Source: Bacillota bacterium (GTDB lineage Bacteria; Bacillota_I; Bacilli_A; RF39; UBA660). Taken from it: a DNA stretch of 64,000 bases. The notes below the pieces were generated by a model. It did no database searches, was not told the origin of the DNA, and saw only the letters and a list, made by a program, of their open reading frames with translations. The translations under genes were made by a program, and so were the position numbers. Positions 47,263 to 57,321 of the stretch are shown here, piece by piece; the first letter of the stretch is position 1, and each line of letters opens with the position of its first letter. The DNA lies in NCBI GenBank assembly GCA_015059485.1, contig SVAH01000005.1, forward strand, positions 621 through 64,620, read 5' to 3'.

Positions 47263-49326
47263 ATGGAAAATGAAATTTTAAAACTAAAAAATGTTATTTC
47301 TGAGTACGAAGAAATAATAGAGGAAACACATATGCAAATTAGTGTTGCAAAACAAAGATATAGCAAAGATATTGATGAAATGTTAGATATTACAGAATCA
47401 CTAGAACATAAAATTAATATGTTAGAAACATCAAAATTAAAACCATATTTTGCTAGAATAGACTTTAAAGATAAAAATGAAAAATTGGATGAATGTTATA
47501 TTGGCAAAGTTGGGGTATCTAATAATGATAATGAAATAATAACAGTAGACTGGAGAGCTCCTATATCATCATTATATTATGATTCTAATTTAGGAGAATG
47601 TAGTTATGATTCACCAGATGGTAAAATAGATGGAGAGTTACTATTAAAAAGACAATATGATATAGAAAATGGCATATTAAATGGTTATAACGATGTTGAT
47701 ATAGTTTCTCAAGATGAAATACTCAAAAACTATTTAGATGTAAACGCCGATACAAGACTTAAAAATATAGTAGCCTCAATACAAGGAGAACAAAATAAAA
47801 TAATAAGAGAAAAATTAGAAAAAAATATAGTTATTCAAGGATGTGCAGGTAGTGGTAAAACAACAGTGGCCTTACATAGAATAGCATACTTAGTTTATAA
47901 CAATAGAAATAAAATTAAAAATAAAGATTATTTAATAATTGGACCAAATAAATTCTTTGTTAATTATATATCTAGTATATTACCAGACTTAGATGTAAAT
48001 GGAGTAAAACAATATAGTTTTATTGAACTTGCAAAAGATTTTATAAATGAAGAATTTGAAGTAATAGATACACCTGATAATGAATCAACATTTTATAAAA
48101 CATCATTTAATTATAAAAAAGTAATCGATAAATATATTGATGATTTATTAAAACAAGTAATACCGGATAAAGATTTAATATTATATGATTTTACCATTAT
48201 TAATAGAAATGAAATATTAAAAAAATATAATGATATTACTGAGTATACTTGTATAAAGAATAAAGTAGAAAAAACTATTTCTTTAATAGAAAAAGAAGTA
48301 GAAAGAAAAAAAGAAAATTTAATATTAAGATCTAATCATTATATTGATAAATTATTTAATAATGAAACAAATGAGAAGATAAAAAAAGAACTTGTTAAAA
48401 AAAGAGTAGATTTAAAAAATGAAATAGAGAGTAATTGTCATAATATATTAAAAACATATTTTAAAATAGTAAATGATAAAGTTATAAATGTATATAAGAA
48501 CTTATTAACAAATATTGATAAATATGAACAAAATGAAACAATATTAAACTATTTTAAGAGAGATTTATCATTAATAAATAAGAAGAAAATAGAATATGAA
48601 GATTTAGCTGCACTTATGTATTTAAAATATAAAATAGATGGTGCAAATAATTATAATAATTATAAACAAGTTGTTATTGATGAAGCACAAGATTATAATG
48701 AATTTGTATTTTATACATTAAGAGTTATATTTAAAAATGCATTCTTTTCAATATTTGGTGACTTAGCTCAATCTATTTATCCATATCGAAGTATAGAAGA
48801 TTGGAATTTAATAAATGATAAAGTAATGAATATAGAAATAGAATACTTAGAGAAAAGTTATCGTACATCTATTGAGATAATGAATGAAGCGAATAAAATA
48901 AATAGATACTTAGATTATAGAGAAGCAATACCTGTTATAAGACATGGTGAAGTACCCAAATATATAAATGATACAAGCAATGATAATTTACTAAAATTGA
49001 TTAATAGTTTAAAAGATGAGGGATATAAAACAATTGCTGTAATATCTAAAAATGATAAAGGATCAAATGAAATATATGAGTATTTAAAAGATAAAATAGA
49101 AATAAATAATATTAACTCAAATTCTAGTGAATATAAAGGTGGTATATGTACTATAACAAGTACTTTATGCAAGGGACTTGAATTTGATGCAGTAATAATT
49201 AGTAATGTGTCATCATTTGATTTTGATAATAGAAACGATATGAAGCTACTATATGTATCTATGACAAGAGCACTACATAAAATGTATTTATTATATGATG
49301 GAAAGTTAAATGAAATATTGACTTAA
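47263..49326 (+). CDS. helD: HelD-like SF1 helicase / RNA polymerase recycling factor
   Basis: PYFARIDF, DWRAPISSLYY, QGCAGSGKT, VIDEAQD, GDLAQ, KSYRTS and KGLEFDAV. Confidence 0.88.
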   Translation: MENEILKLKNVISEYEEIIEETHMQISVAKQRYSKDIDEMLDITESLEHKINMLETSKLKPYFARIDFKDKNEKLDECYIGKVGVSNNDNEIITVDWRAPISSLYYDSNLGECSYDSPDGKIDGELLLKRQYDIENGILNGYNDVDIVSQDEILKNYLDVNADTRLKNIVASIQGEQNKIIREKLEKNIVIQGCAGSGKTTVALHRIAYLVYNNRNKIKNKDYLIIGPNKFFVNYISSILPDLDVNGVKQYSFIELAKDFINEEFEVIDTPDNESTFYKTSFNYKKVIDKYIDDLLKQVIPDKDLILYDFTIINRNEILKKYNDITEYTCIKNKVEKTISLIEKEVERKKENLILRSNHYIDKLFNNETNEKIKKELVKKRVDLKNEIESNCHNILKTYFKIVNDKVINVYKNLLTNIDKYEQNETILNYFKRDLSLINKKKIEYEDLAALMYLKYKIDGANNYNNYKQVVIDEAQDYNEFVFYTLRVIFKNAFFSIFGDLAQSIYPYRSIEDWNLINDKVMNIEIEYLEKSYRTSIEIMNEANKINRYLDYREAIPVIRHGEVPKYINDTSNDNLLKLINSLKDEGYKTIAVISKNDKGSNEIYEYLKDKIEINNINSNSSEYKGGICTITSTLCKGLEFDAVIISNVSSFDFDNRNDMKLLYVSMTRALHKMYLLYDGKLNEILT

Positions 49327-49337
49327 TAAAAAAACAA

Positions 49338-50270
49338 TTAATTATTATTTAATTGTTTTCCTTGATAAGAATCTCTTTTAACCATTTCTTTATCAATATC
49401 ATTAAGTACACAGAATTTTTTTAATAACCATACTGGTTCAACTAATTCTTCACGTGTTGGGTCACCAGTTATTCTATGAATAACTATATTATTATTTAAG
49501 TATTCTAATTGATCACATACGATATCAATGTATTCATCTTTAGAAAGAACATGAAAATGTTCTTTTTTATATAACTCCTCTAATTCTGTATCTTTTAATA
49601 TATGTAACATATGAATTTTAACACCATCAATCTTTAAGTTATTTAAATATTTTACAGTTTCAATCATCATATCTTTTGTTTCAAATGGCAGGCCATTTAT
49701 AATATGAACAACTACATTTATATTTCTTTCTTTTAATTTTTTTACACAATCTTCAAAGTTTTTTAAATCATGTCCACGGTTAATTAGTTTTAATGTTTTA
49801 TCATGCATAGATTGAAGTCCTAGCTCTATAGTAAGATAAGTTCTTTTTGATAAATCTTCTAAATAATCTAGGCATTCATCACTTATTGCATCACTACGTG
49901 TTGCAATATTAAGTCCAACTACATTTGGTAAATTTATGATACTTTCATATTTTTCTTTTAATTCATCAACAGGGGCATAAGTATTCGTATTAGCTTGGAA
50001 ATATCCAATATATTTAGAATTAGGCCATTTATGTTCCATTATTTCTTTTATTTTGTAAAATTGAGTAACTAAATCATCATTTTTATCACCAGCAAAATCA
50101 CCAGAACCATGCTTGCAAAAGATACAACCATTTCCATTAGAAAAATTTGGACATGAAAAATCTCCATTTAGGCTTACTTTAAATACTTTTGAATTAAACT
50201 TAGTTTTATAAAAATAATTTAAAGTATGATATCTTTTATTATCTAAACTTTTTTTAAATGGGTTATTCAT
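49338..50270 (-). CDS. TIGR01212/YtqA-type radical SAM protein
   Basis: FSCPN…GCIFC CxxxCxxC motif, YFQANTNTY, ELGLQS and HRITGD. Confidence 0.9.
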   Translation of the reverse strand: MNNPFKKSLDNKRYHTLNYFYKTKFNSKVFKVSLNGDFSCPNFSNGNGCIFCKHGSGDFAGDKNDDLVTQFYKIKEIMEHKWPNSKYIGYFQANTNTYAPVDELKEKYESIINLPNVVGLNIATRSDAISDECLDYLEDLSKRTYLTIELGLQSMHDKTLKLINRGHDLKNFEDCVKKLKERNINVVVHIINGLPFETKDMMIETVKYLNNLKIDGVKIHMLHILKDTELEELYKKEHFHVLSKDEYIDIVCDQLEYLNNNIVIHRITGDPTREELVEPVWLLKKFCVLNDIDKEMVKRDSYQGKQLNNN

Positions 50271-50342
50271 AAAAAAACTCCTTTTTAATTAATTATAACT
50301 GTTAATTGCAAAATATCAATAAAAAAAGAACAGTTGAGTTCT

Positions 50343-51197
50343 TTAATTATTGTATAATCTATATAAATTAATACTTGGTCTGTTAAACCATCTAAAATCA
50401 TACTTATATGTACCTATACCACTATTAACATACATTAGGGTAGAATTAACTTTATATTCTCCTTTTAAATAGTTATCAGACCCTTTATATTTCATAACAC
50501 CATCTACAAATGGAACATTGATAAGTCCACCTAAAGAGTGAGCAGTAAACATAATATTTACTTTTTTGTCTTTTATTTCATTTATTGTATTAGGTTCATG
50601 ACTTAAAAGAATTGTAAAATATTCATTTTCATCTTCATTTTTAAAAGCACTATCAAAATCAATTTTACTTTTTAAAAGTGAAGTGGTACCAATAATTTTT
50701 ATTGGTGTATTTCCTTTATAATATATTAAGTCATTGCTATTTTCTAATATATCAAAATTAGCATATTTAAATATAGTATCATAATATTTTTGATTACTGT
50801 AATCGTTGTCACCTTTAATAGCATATTTACTAATACTTGCGTTAATTTTGTTTAATATTTTTTTTAAATCATCAACACTTTTATTATCAATTTTAACGTC
50901 TTCATCAAATAAATCACCTAAAAATATTACAACGTCAGGTCTAAGTTTATTTATTTTTTTTACAATTTTTTCAACATCTTTAGTAGTTGTAGTTCTACCA
51001 TAATGTATATCAGAAAAAGTAATAACTTTAAATCCGTTAAATGAAGTAGGTAAGTCGTTGTGAACAACTGGTGTTTCAATGATTTCAAGACCAGTTGTTC
51101 CAAAGTATCTTGAATATGCTACTATAGAACTAATTATAATTACAATAATGATTAATAAACCAAAAATTTTTCCAATTTTATTCTTTTTTTCTTCCAT
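50343..51197 (-). CDS. membrane-anchored metallophosphoesterase (YkuE-like)
   Basis: FSDIHYG, GDLFD, GDND, LSHEP, AHSLGG and SGIG. Confidence 0.9.
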   Translation of the reverse strand: MEEKKNKIGKIFGLLIIIVIIISSIVAYSRYFGTTGLEIIETPVVHNDLPTSFNGFKVITFSDIHYGRTTTTKDVEKIVKKINKLRPDVVIFLGDLFDEDVKIDNKSVDDLKKILNKINASISKYAIKGDNDYSNQKYYDTIFKYANFDILENSNDLIYYKGNTPIKIIGTTSLLKSKIDFDSAFKNEDENEYFTILLSHEPNTINEIKDKKVNIMFTAHSLGGLINVPFVDGVMKYKGSDNYLKGEYKVNSTLMYVNSGIGTYKYDFRWFNRPSINLYRLYNN

Positions 51198-51199
51198 AA

Positions 51200-51919
51200 T
51201 TACCTCATTGCAAATAATATTAATAGTACTGTAAATCCATTATGTATTATATGAATTAAAGAACTAGTACAAATATTATCTGTTTCATAATAAACTTTAG
51301 CAAACGCAAATCCTAAAGCACCATAGGGAATAGTGTATAATATATTAACCCAATTTTTTAATGCTTCATGTAAAGTCATTCCTTCAAAAGCAGTAAATGC
51401 ATGAAGACCTCCAAAGAATAGTCCAGAAAATATTGCATATGGAAGCCATTTTTTGAAAGCTTTTCTAAATCCTAATCTAAATACTATTTCTTCGATTGGT
51501 GGTCCTAAAAATACCATTGCAATTATAGAGTATAGTGGATACATTTTTAAATATTCACGATTAACTGCTTCATTTTCAGCAATACCACCTGTGATAAACA
51601 TAAGAATTAAATTTGAAGTTATCATAACAAGCATTCCTACAAAGTAATATTTGAATCCAACATCTAAGTTCTTTTTATAATCTTTTTTGAATTTTTTTAA
51701 ATCATTTATAATTGTTTTTTTAAAGATAAAAAATAATATTCCAAAAACAGTTATTTCCATTGCTGATAAGAATAAATTATTATAAATTTTTCCATGAGTA
51801 GTACTATTATTATAAAATAGTTTAAAGATACCAGGAATTATTTTGAAATATAAGAAAAAAATTCCAAAACCAGATAGTAGGTATATAAATTGTTTTAATT
51901 TTTCATTTTTTATATTCAT
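51200..51919 (-). CDS. CPBP (Abi/CAAX type II) intramembrane metalloprotease
   Basis: IEEIVFR, FGGLH and HIIHN motifs. Confidence 0.9.
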   Translation of the reverse strand: MNIKNEKLKQFIYLLSGFGIFFLYFKIIPGIFKLFYNNSTTHGKIYNNLFLSAMEITVFGILFFIFKKTIINDLKKFKKDYKKNLDVGFKYYFVGMLVMITSNLILMFITGGIAENEAVNREYLKMYPLYSIIAMVFLGPPIEEIVFRLGFRKAFKKWLPYAIFSGLFFGGLHAFTAFEGMTLHEALKNWVNILYTIPYGALGFAFAKVYYETDNICTSSLIHIIHNGFTVLLILFAMR

Positions 51920-51920
51920 A

Positions 51921-52370
51921 CTAATCACCTATATATCCTAATTTTTTAAGTTTATTTATCAAATTTTTTTCAGATGTTTCACCATTAATTCTATTTAAAG
52001 TACTTTCTTCTTCACCATTTTTATAAAATATAGTAGTTGGAGTACCACTTATATTAGCAATAGTGCTAATTTTTTTTGATTCTTCATCACTTAATTTTGT
52101 TAAATTTAAATCATAGATTTTTATATTATAATTATTTGCTACTTTTTTAACAGTTGGATTAAAATTTTTGCAATGAGAACAACCTTCTTGAGTCACTACT
52201 AAAACAAAATTTTCTTTATTTTTTATTTTTTTCTCTAATTCAGTATATGAAATAAAAACAAAATTATTTTTATCTGTTTTAGAAAAAATTTTATCATTTG
52301 CTTTATAGAAAATTCCTCCTGCTAAAATTACGAATAATACTGAAACTAAAATCATTTTTATTTTATCCAT
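51921..52370 (-). CDS. membrane-anchored thioredoxin-fold thiol-disulfide oxidoreductase
   Basis: N-terminal TM, GCSHC CxxC and GTPT cis-Pro loop. Confidence 0.88.
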   Translation of the reverse strand: MDKIKMILVSVLFVILAGGIFYKANDKIFSKTDKNNFVFISYTELEKKIKNKENFVLVVTQEGCSHCKNFNPTVKKVANNYNIKIYDLNLTKLSDEESKKISTIANISGTPTTIFYKNGEEESTLNRINGETSEKNLINKLKKLGYIGD

Positions 52371-52514
52371 TTATATCACCAAATAAATTATATCTGATTT
52401 GTAATCTTTTTTCAATTAACAACGTTTTATTTTATAAAAAAATCATTATTTTAATACTCATAAAATGGTATAAATATGTTTGATTTTACTTTGAAAAACC
52501 AGAGAAAATACCGC

Positions 52515-52543
52515 TTGAATTTAATGGCCTGTTGTGGTACAAT
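52515..52543 (+). promoter_or_regulatory. sigma-A promoter of the Tad-associated cluster
   Basis: TTGAAT-N17-TACAAT with TG extension. Confidence 0.7.
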
Positions 52544-52573
52544 AATGGCATAGAAATTTAGGTTGGTGATATT

Positions 52574-53323
52574 ATGCGTAAAAATGCAAAGTTAATTTTG
52601 GCGGCTTTGTTGTTATTTTGTGTTACTACTAGTGTAAATGCAGAAGAATGTGATTACTCAAAACAAGTAGAGTTGAATACTGAAGCTTCAACTGTAAAAG
52701 CAGTTTATGAGGAAACAGAAATTGATACAGGAATGACAACATATGATGTTGATCCTGAAACTGATGAAGTAGACTATTCAAAAGAAATAAAAGTTGTACA
52801 AAAGGGTTTTAATGTTAAAGTTATGAATATTACTAAAAATTTGTATTTAACGGTTTCTGATGATACAGGGAATGTAAAAAACTATTATCATTACGATGCT
52901 AATGATGGAACAATTATTCTTGGAAATGTTGCAGCAGATGAAATTCATAAATATACTATAGAAGTTGGCGCTTATGATGACGAGTGTTCTGGCAAGACTT
53001 TAAGAACTATTAATTTAATTACACCAATTTATAATGAATATTCTGAATTAGGTGCTTGCAATGATTATCCAGAATTTCAATATTGTCAAAAATATTTTAC
53101 TACAGTGTCTGATTTGGATATAACTAAATTTCAAAGTGAATTAGAAAATTATAAAAAAAAGAACAAACCAAAAACTGAAACAAATGAAAAGAAAGAAAAA
53201 ATTACTGAAAAAGTAACAGATTTTATTAAAAGAAATTTAATAGTGATTGTTATTATTATCGCTATATTGGGGGTTGCTACTTCTGTAATATTAGTAAAAA
53301 GAAAAAGGAGTAGATTGATATGA
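52574..53323 (+). CDS. surface protein with signal peptide and C-terminal TM anchor
   Basis: VNA signal cleavage site, 4 Cys in the mature part, C-terminal TM plus KRKRSR. Confidence 0.85.
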   Translation: MRKNAKLILAALLLFCVTTSVNAEECDYSKQVELNTEASTVKAVYEETEIDTGMTTYDVDPETDEVDYSKEIKVVQKGFNVKVMNITKNLYLTVSDDTGNVKNYYHYDANDGTIILGNVAADEIHKYTIEVGAYDDECSGKTLRTINLITPIYNEYSELGACNDYPEFQYCQKYFTTVSDLDITKFQSELENYKKKNKPKTETNEKKEKITEKVTDFIKRNLIVIVIIIAILGVATSVILVKRKRSRLI

Positions 53324-56037
53324 GAAAAAATAAAATAAATTATATATTATGTTCTTTACTATCTTTTGTTATTTTCTCTTATACTGTAAGAGCAGTTGAT
53401 CTTGGATATACTTATTATCCACAAAGCTATAAAGGACAAACAATGTATTGTGTTGATGGTGGATACCATCCAGTTTCAGAAGCAAATATAAATAACGCTT
53501 GTTCTTTTGGTAAGATAGAGAATGAAGATGTATTAAATGTGGTTTTTAATGAACTTGGATTTAGTGATCATGAGAGACAAGCTGCTTTAAGACAACTTGC
53601 TCATAATAGTGGTTTAACAAAATCACTGAAAGGTGCAGGTCAAACAGCTGTTAATAATAAATATATAAAGGATAAATTAGCATCAAAAGGAATTGCAAAT
53701 TCAACATTAAAAGTTAATAACATTTCAATGTTTGATGTTGTTAGTATAACATCAAGTGGTGGAACATCAGTTGCCACAGTTAGATTAGTAACTTCTGGTC
53801 CTACAGTTGTTACTACAAAAACAGGAACGTTATCTCAAAGTTCATTTGGAGCTGGGACACATACTTTTACGTTAACTGTTCCAAGTCCAACAAATTGTAA
53901 TACTTTAGAGGTTACGCTTACAGCTAAAGTGACATCAAATGGTACTCCTGATGGCTCAGGAACTGGTGGCTATTATTTCATTGATTGTGGTAGTGCTGGA
54001 CAAAATTATATTGTAAAATTAGGATCAGCTCCTGGTAATGGAGATGATGACTCAAAAGGCAAAGCTAGAAATAGCACATTCACAATAACTTTTACAGATT
54101 CAGAATGTGATTGTAGCGGATTTACAACAGGTCTATGTGCTGAATGTAACAAAACAGCAACATCTCAAGATGGAAAACCTGATGCAAGTTTAGTAAAGTG
54201 CGCAGACAACAACGCATTTGTTAATTATTGCGGTACATCAATTAGAAAAACTGAAGATGGATTAGATGGTAGTGAAAGATATTGCAGTGTTTATTGTACT
54301 GAAAAAATAGATTATAACTTACCTGGTGAATTGTATACAAAAGCAGGAAGATATTTTAAACTTAAACAAGACTGGGATATTGATAAAGTAGATAAAAATG
54401 GAAATGATAATAATACTGGGAAGAATATAACTATTAAAGGTACTAGAACTTGTGTAACAAGTACAATTAATAAACAAAGATACATTGAAGATATAATTAA
54501 GGCACAAGATAGAATTTTAACTGAATACAATAAGTATAGACTTGCTAAAGCATCAGAGTATGCATTAAGCCATACAGATACAGAAACTTTAAATGGCCCA
54601 GATTGTGCTAGTCGTGATAATAGTACTAATACTTGTAAAACATATTGTACATATACTCGTGAATATACTAAACAAGAAGACGGTGCTAAATATAAAGAAT
54701 ATGATTTAGGAAACTATGATAGTGAAGGAAAATATAAAGGTGAAAAATATACAGAGCGTTATTATTCTGCTGAATGGATTACAAGCTCAACATGTGCTTC
54801 AATAGCGGTAACACAAAAACCAGAACCTATTCCAGCAGAGGCTGGTGCAATTAAAGCTGCAATTACAAATATGGAACAAAATGTAATAAAAAAATATAAA
54901 AAATGTGCAGATTGGAAAAATAATTACAGTTGTTTTAAACCAGTAATTAAGTTTAAATATGATGAAAAATACACAGGATTTAATGATATTGAATTACCAC
55001 TAGATGGTGAACCTTCAATATCTAATGGTAGATTAGAATATTTTTCATCTTTAAGTGATGAAGTTAAATATACAGGAGAACCTGCATTTCCACATGAAAG
55101 TGTAAACGTTGAATACGTTAATGCAAATGGTACAAGTGTATCTACAAAACAGTATAAAGTTAATACTGATATTAAATATGTTAAAGTGGTATCAACTGGA
55201 GAAGCTAAATTTAAAGAGGGTCCAAAAGAAATTTCTACATATCATCCATATGGTACTATTAAAGAATCAAAAGATTGTACAGATGTTGATTGTAAGAAAA
55301 TTGGATATGCATTACCAGTTGCGTTAGAACATGAAAATACATCTGGCATATATAACTATTATATTGATTTTGAAAATATTGGTATGGGTGGAAATGACGA
55401 CCAATGTAATGTTGGTAGAATAAATGGATGTAAAAATGGTGAATCATTAACTGAATCTGCATCTGAAGGAGCAAATTGTGATACTGATTATTCATGTAGA
55501 TATTTATTGAAGAAATGCCCAGAATGTGAAATTAAATGTGTATGCCCAGATGGAAGTACAAATTGTAGAGTTGAAGATAACGTTTGTATATGGGATGTGC
55601 CAGATAATTGTAAAGAATGTGAAATTGAATGTGTAGGATGTATTTGGGATAATGGAGATACTACAATTTCATATAAATCTATATCATTAGATGATGTTTA
55701 TAAAGATGATAAAGAAATAGGAAGCAATTGGGAAGAACATCCAGAAGTTATTGAAAAAATTGAAAAGCAACAACAAGAAATATATGATAATAAACCAATG
55801 TATTCATTTACTTTAACTCCAGGTATAATGGGAAAAATAAGAGATTATAATAAAAAGTCTATAGAAGGAAAAACAACGAATGAAATACCTGCAGGAGGTT
55901 ATAGTAGTGATACATTAACATGTGCAGAGTATGAATTCTGTGAAAGTTCATTTATTAGAAAGTTCTTACCTAAGAAAACAGATATTACAACTATTGAAAA
56001 GGATGGAAGTGGATATATAGTTCCTAAAAATAAGTAG
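53320..56037 (+). CDS. 905-aa cysteine-rich secreted protein (putative pilus-associated adhesin)
   Basis: signal peptide ending VRA; about 38 Cys by manual count; no TM anchor. Confidence 0.85.
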   Translation: MRKNKINYILCSLLSFVIFSYTVRAVDLGYTYYPQSYKGQTMYCVDGGYHPVSEANINNACSFGKIENEDVLNVVFNELGFSDHERQAALRQLAHNSGLTKSLKGAGQTAVNNKYIKDKLASKGIANSTLKVNNISMFDVVSITSSGGTSVATVRLVTSGPTVVTTKTGTLSQSSFGAGTHTFTLTVPSPTNCNTLEVTLTAKVTSNGTPDGSGTGGYYFIDCGSAGQNYIVKLGSAPGNGDDDSKGKARNSTFTITFTDSECDCSGFTTGLCAECNKTATSQDGKPDASLVKCADNNAFVNYCGTSIRKTEDGLDGSERYCSVYCTEKIDYNLPGELYTKAGRYFKLKQDWDIDKVDKNGNDNNTGKNITIKGTRTCVTSTINKQRYIEDIIKAQDRILTEYNKYRLAKASEYALSHTDTETLNGPDCASRDNSTNTCKTYCTYTREYTKQEDGAKYKEYDLGNYDSEGKYKGEKYTERYYSAEWITSSTCASIAVTQKPEPIPAEAGAIKAAITNMEQNVIKKYKKCADWKNNYSCFKPVIKFKYDEKYTGFNDIELPLDGEPSISNGRLEYFSSLSDEVKYTGEPAFPHESVNVEYVNANGTSVSTKQYKVNTDIKYVKVVSTGEAKFKEGPKEISTYHPYGTIKESKDCTDVDCKKIGYALPVALEHENTSGIYNYYIDFENIGMGGNDDQCNVGRINGCKNGESLTESASEGANCDTDYSCRYLLKKCPECEIKCVCPDGSTNCRVEDNVCIWDVPDNCKECEIECVGCIWDNGDTTISYKSISLDDVYKDDKEIGSNWEEHPEVIEKIEKQQQEIYDNKPMYSFTLTPGIMGKIRDYNKKSIEGKTTNEIPAGGYSSDTLTCAEYEFCESSFIRKFLPKKTDITTIEKDGSGYIVPKNK

Positions 56038-56059
56038 TATTTAGAAAGGATAATGTGTT

Positions 56060-56473
56060 ATGAAGGAAGTTTATTGGGGATATTGGTTAATAGTTCTAGG
56101 AGTATTTATAACAGTTGTTATGATGTTAATTTCTAATGTAACTACTTCTGATACACAGGACTATTATCTAATTAAAGAAGTTACAGAAGCTTCAATGTTT
56201 GATGCTATAGATTTAGCAACATATAGAGAAAGTGGAGAATTGAAAATGAATCAAGAAAAGTTTGTTGAAAGCTTTTTAAGAAGATTTTCAGAAAATGTAA
56301 CTTTAACAAAAACATATACTATTGAATTTTATGATATAATTGAAGTCCCTCCAAAAGTTAGTGTACAAGTGAAAAGTGAGTCAAGTTCATTTGTAATAGC
56401 TGGAGATTCAGAAAGTTTTGATGTTGTTAATAAAGTTGATGCTATATTAGAGCTTCCGAGAAAAAGTAAATAA
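56060..56473 (+). CDS. TadE/pseudopilin-like protein (DUF5411-like)
   Basis: N-terminal hydrophobic helix then EVTEASMFDAID…KFVESFLRRF; position in the Tad locus. Confidence 0.65.
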   Translation: MKEVYWGYWLIVLGVFITVVMMLISNVTTSDTQDYYLIKEVTEASMFDAIDLATYRESGELKMNQEKFVESFLRRFSENVTLTKTYTIEFYDIIEVPPKVSVQVKSESSSFVIAGDSESFDVVNKVDAILELPRKSK

Positions 56474-56496
56474 TAAGAATAATAAGGAGGATACAT

Positions 56497-57306
56497 ATGA
56501 ATAGTTTAGGTGGTACTTTTAAAAAGTTTTTTGGAAATAAGAATACAGTATCCATATTAGGGGTTGTAGCCGGTATATTAGTTTTATATATCGGCTACAA
56601 TTGGCGTATAAAGCAATCAATTAATCCTGTTGTTGTTCCATATGCTAAAGTTGATTTAAGTGAGAAAACTCAAGTGACAGAAAAAGAAATTGGGTATGTT
56701 AAGGTATCTAGTAATGTTATTGAAAGTAGTCCAAATGTTATAGTAGATTCATCTTTAGTTGTAAATAATTATGTTGCTATGGGAACAAGAATTCCTGCAG
56801 GTAGTTTATTTTATAAATCTGCCATTGTAGAAAAAAAGGAGTTACCTGATTCAGCATTTGCAGATATAAAAGATGGATATACAATATATAGTTTAAATGT
56901 TAATATTCAAACAACTTATGGAAATCAAATTTATCCAGGAAATTATATTGATTTATATATGAAAGCTACTGATGATACTGGTAAAATTATTTTTGGAAAA
57001 CTAATTGAAAGTATAAAAGTATTGGCGGTAAAAGATAGTGAAGGTCATCATTTATTTGAGGATACTGTTGAAACACGTACTCCTTCTGAATTACTATTTG
57101 CTGTTCCAGAAGATATGTACTTACTATTAATGAAGGCTGGATATATTGGAAATAAAGATATTGAAATATTACCAGTACCAAGAAATACATCGTATTCTGC
57201 AAAGCCAGGGGAAACATCTGTGGCATCTGATTATATGAAAAATTATATTTTATCAAAAACAGCTATTATTCCAGAAGATACAGTTGTTAGAGAAACTACA
57301 GAATAA
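56497..57306 (+). CDS. CpaB/RcpC-like SAF-domain pilus assembly protein 1
   Basis: TM, then SAF-like VPYAKVDL…IPAGS, then RcpC-like IYPGNYIDLY…IKVLAV. Confidence 0.8.
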   Translation: MNSLGGTFKKFFGNKNTVSILGVVAGILVLYIGYNWRIKQSINPVVVPYAKVDLSEKTQVTEKEIGYVKVSSNVIESSPNVIVDSSLVVNNYVAMGTRIPAGSLFYKSAIVEKKELPDSAFADIKDGYTIYSLNVNIQTTYGNQIYPGNYIDLYMKATDDTGKIIFGKLIESIKVLAVKDSEGHHLFEDTVETRTPSELLFAVPEDMYLLLMKAGYIGNKDIEILPVPRNTSYSAKPGETSVASDYMKNYILSKTAIIPEDTVVRETTE

Positions 57307-57321
57307 AAAGGAGAGGATATT

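Noticed and set aside
836-57256. Numerous short antisense or overlapping ORFs in the track (e.g. 836..1159, 2447..2728, 5233..5670, 19413..19607, 20244..20441, 25682..26041, 38314..38760, 54312..54530)
   Set aside because: They lie opposite or out of frame to well-supported genes, lack SDs and have shadow-frame composition.
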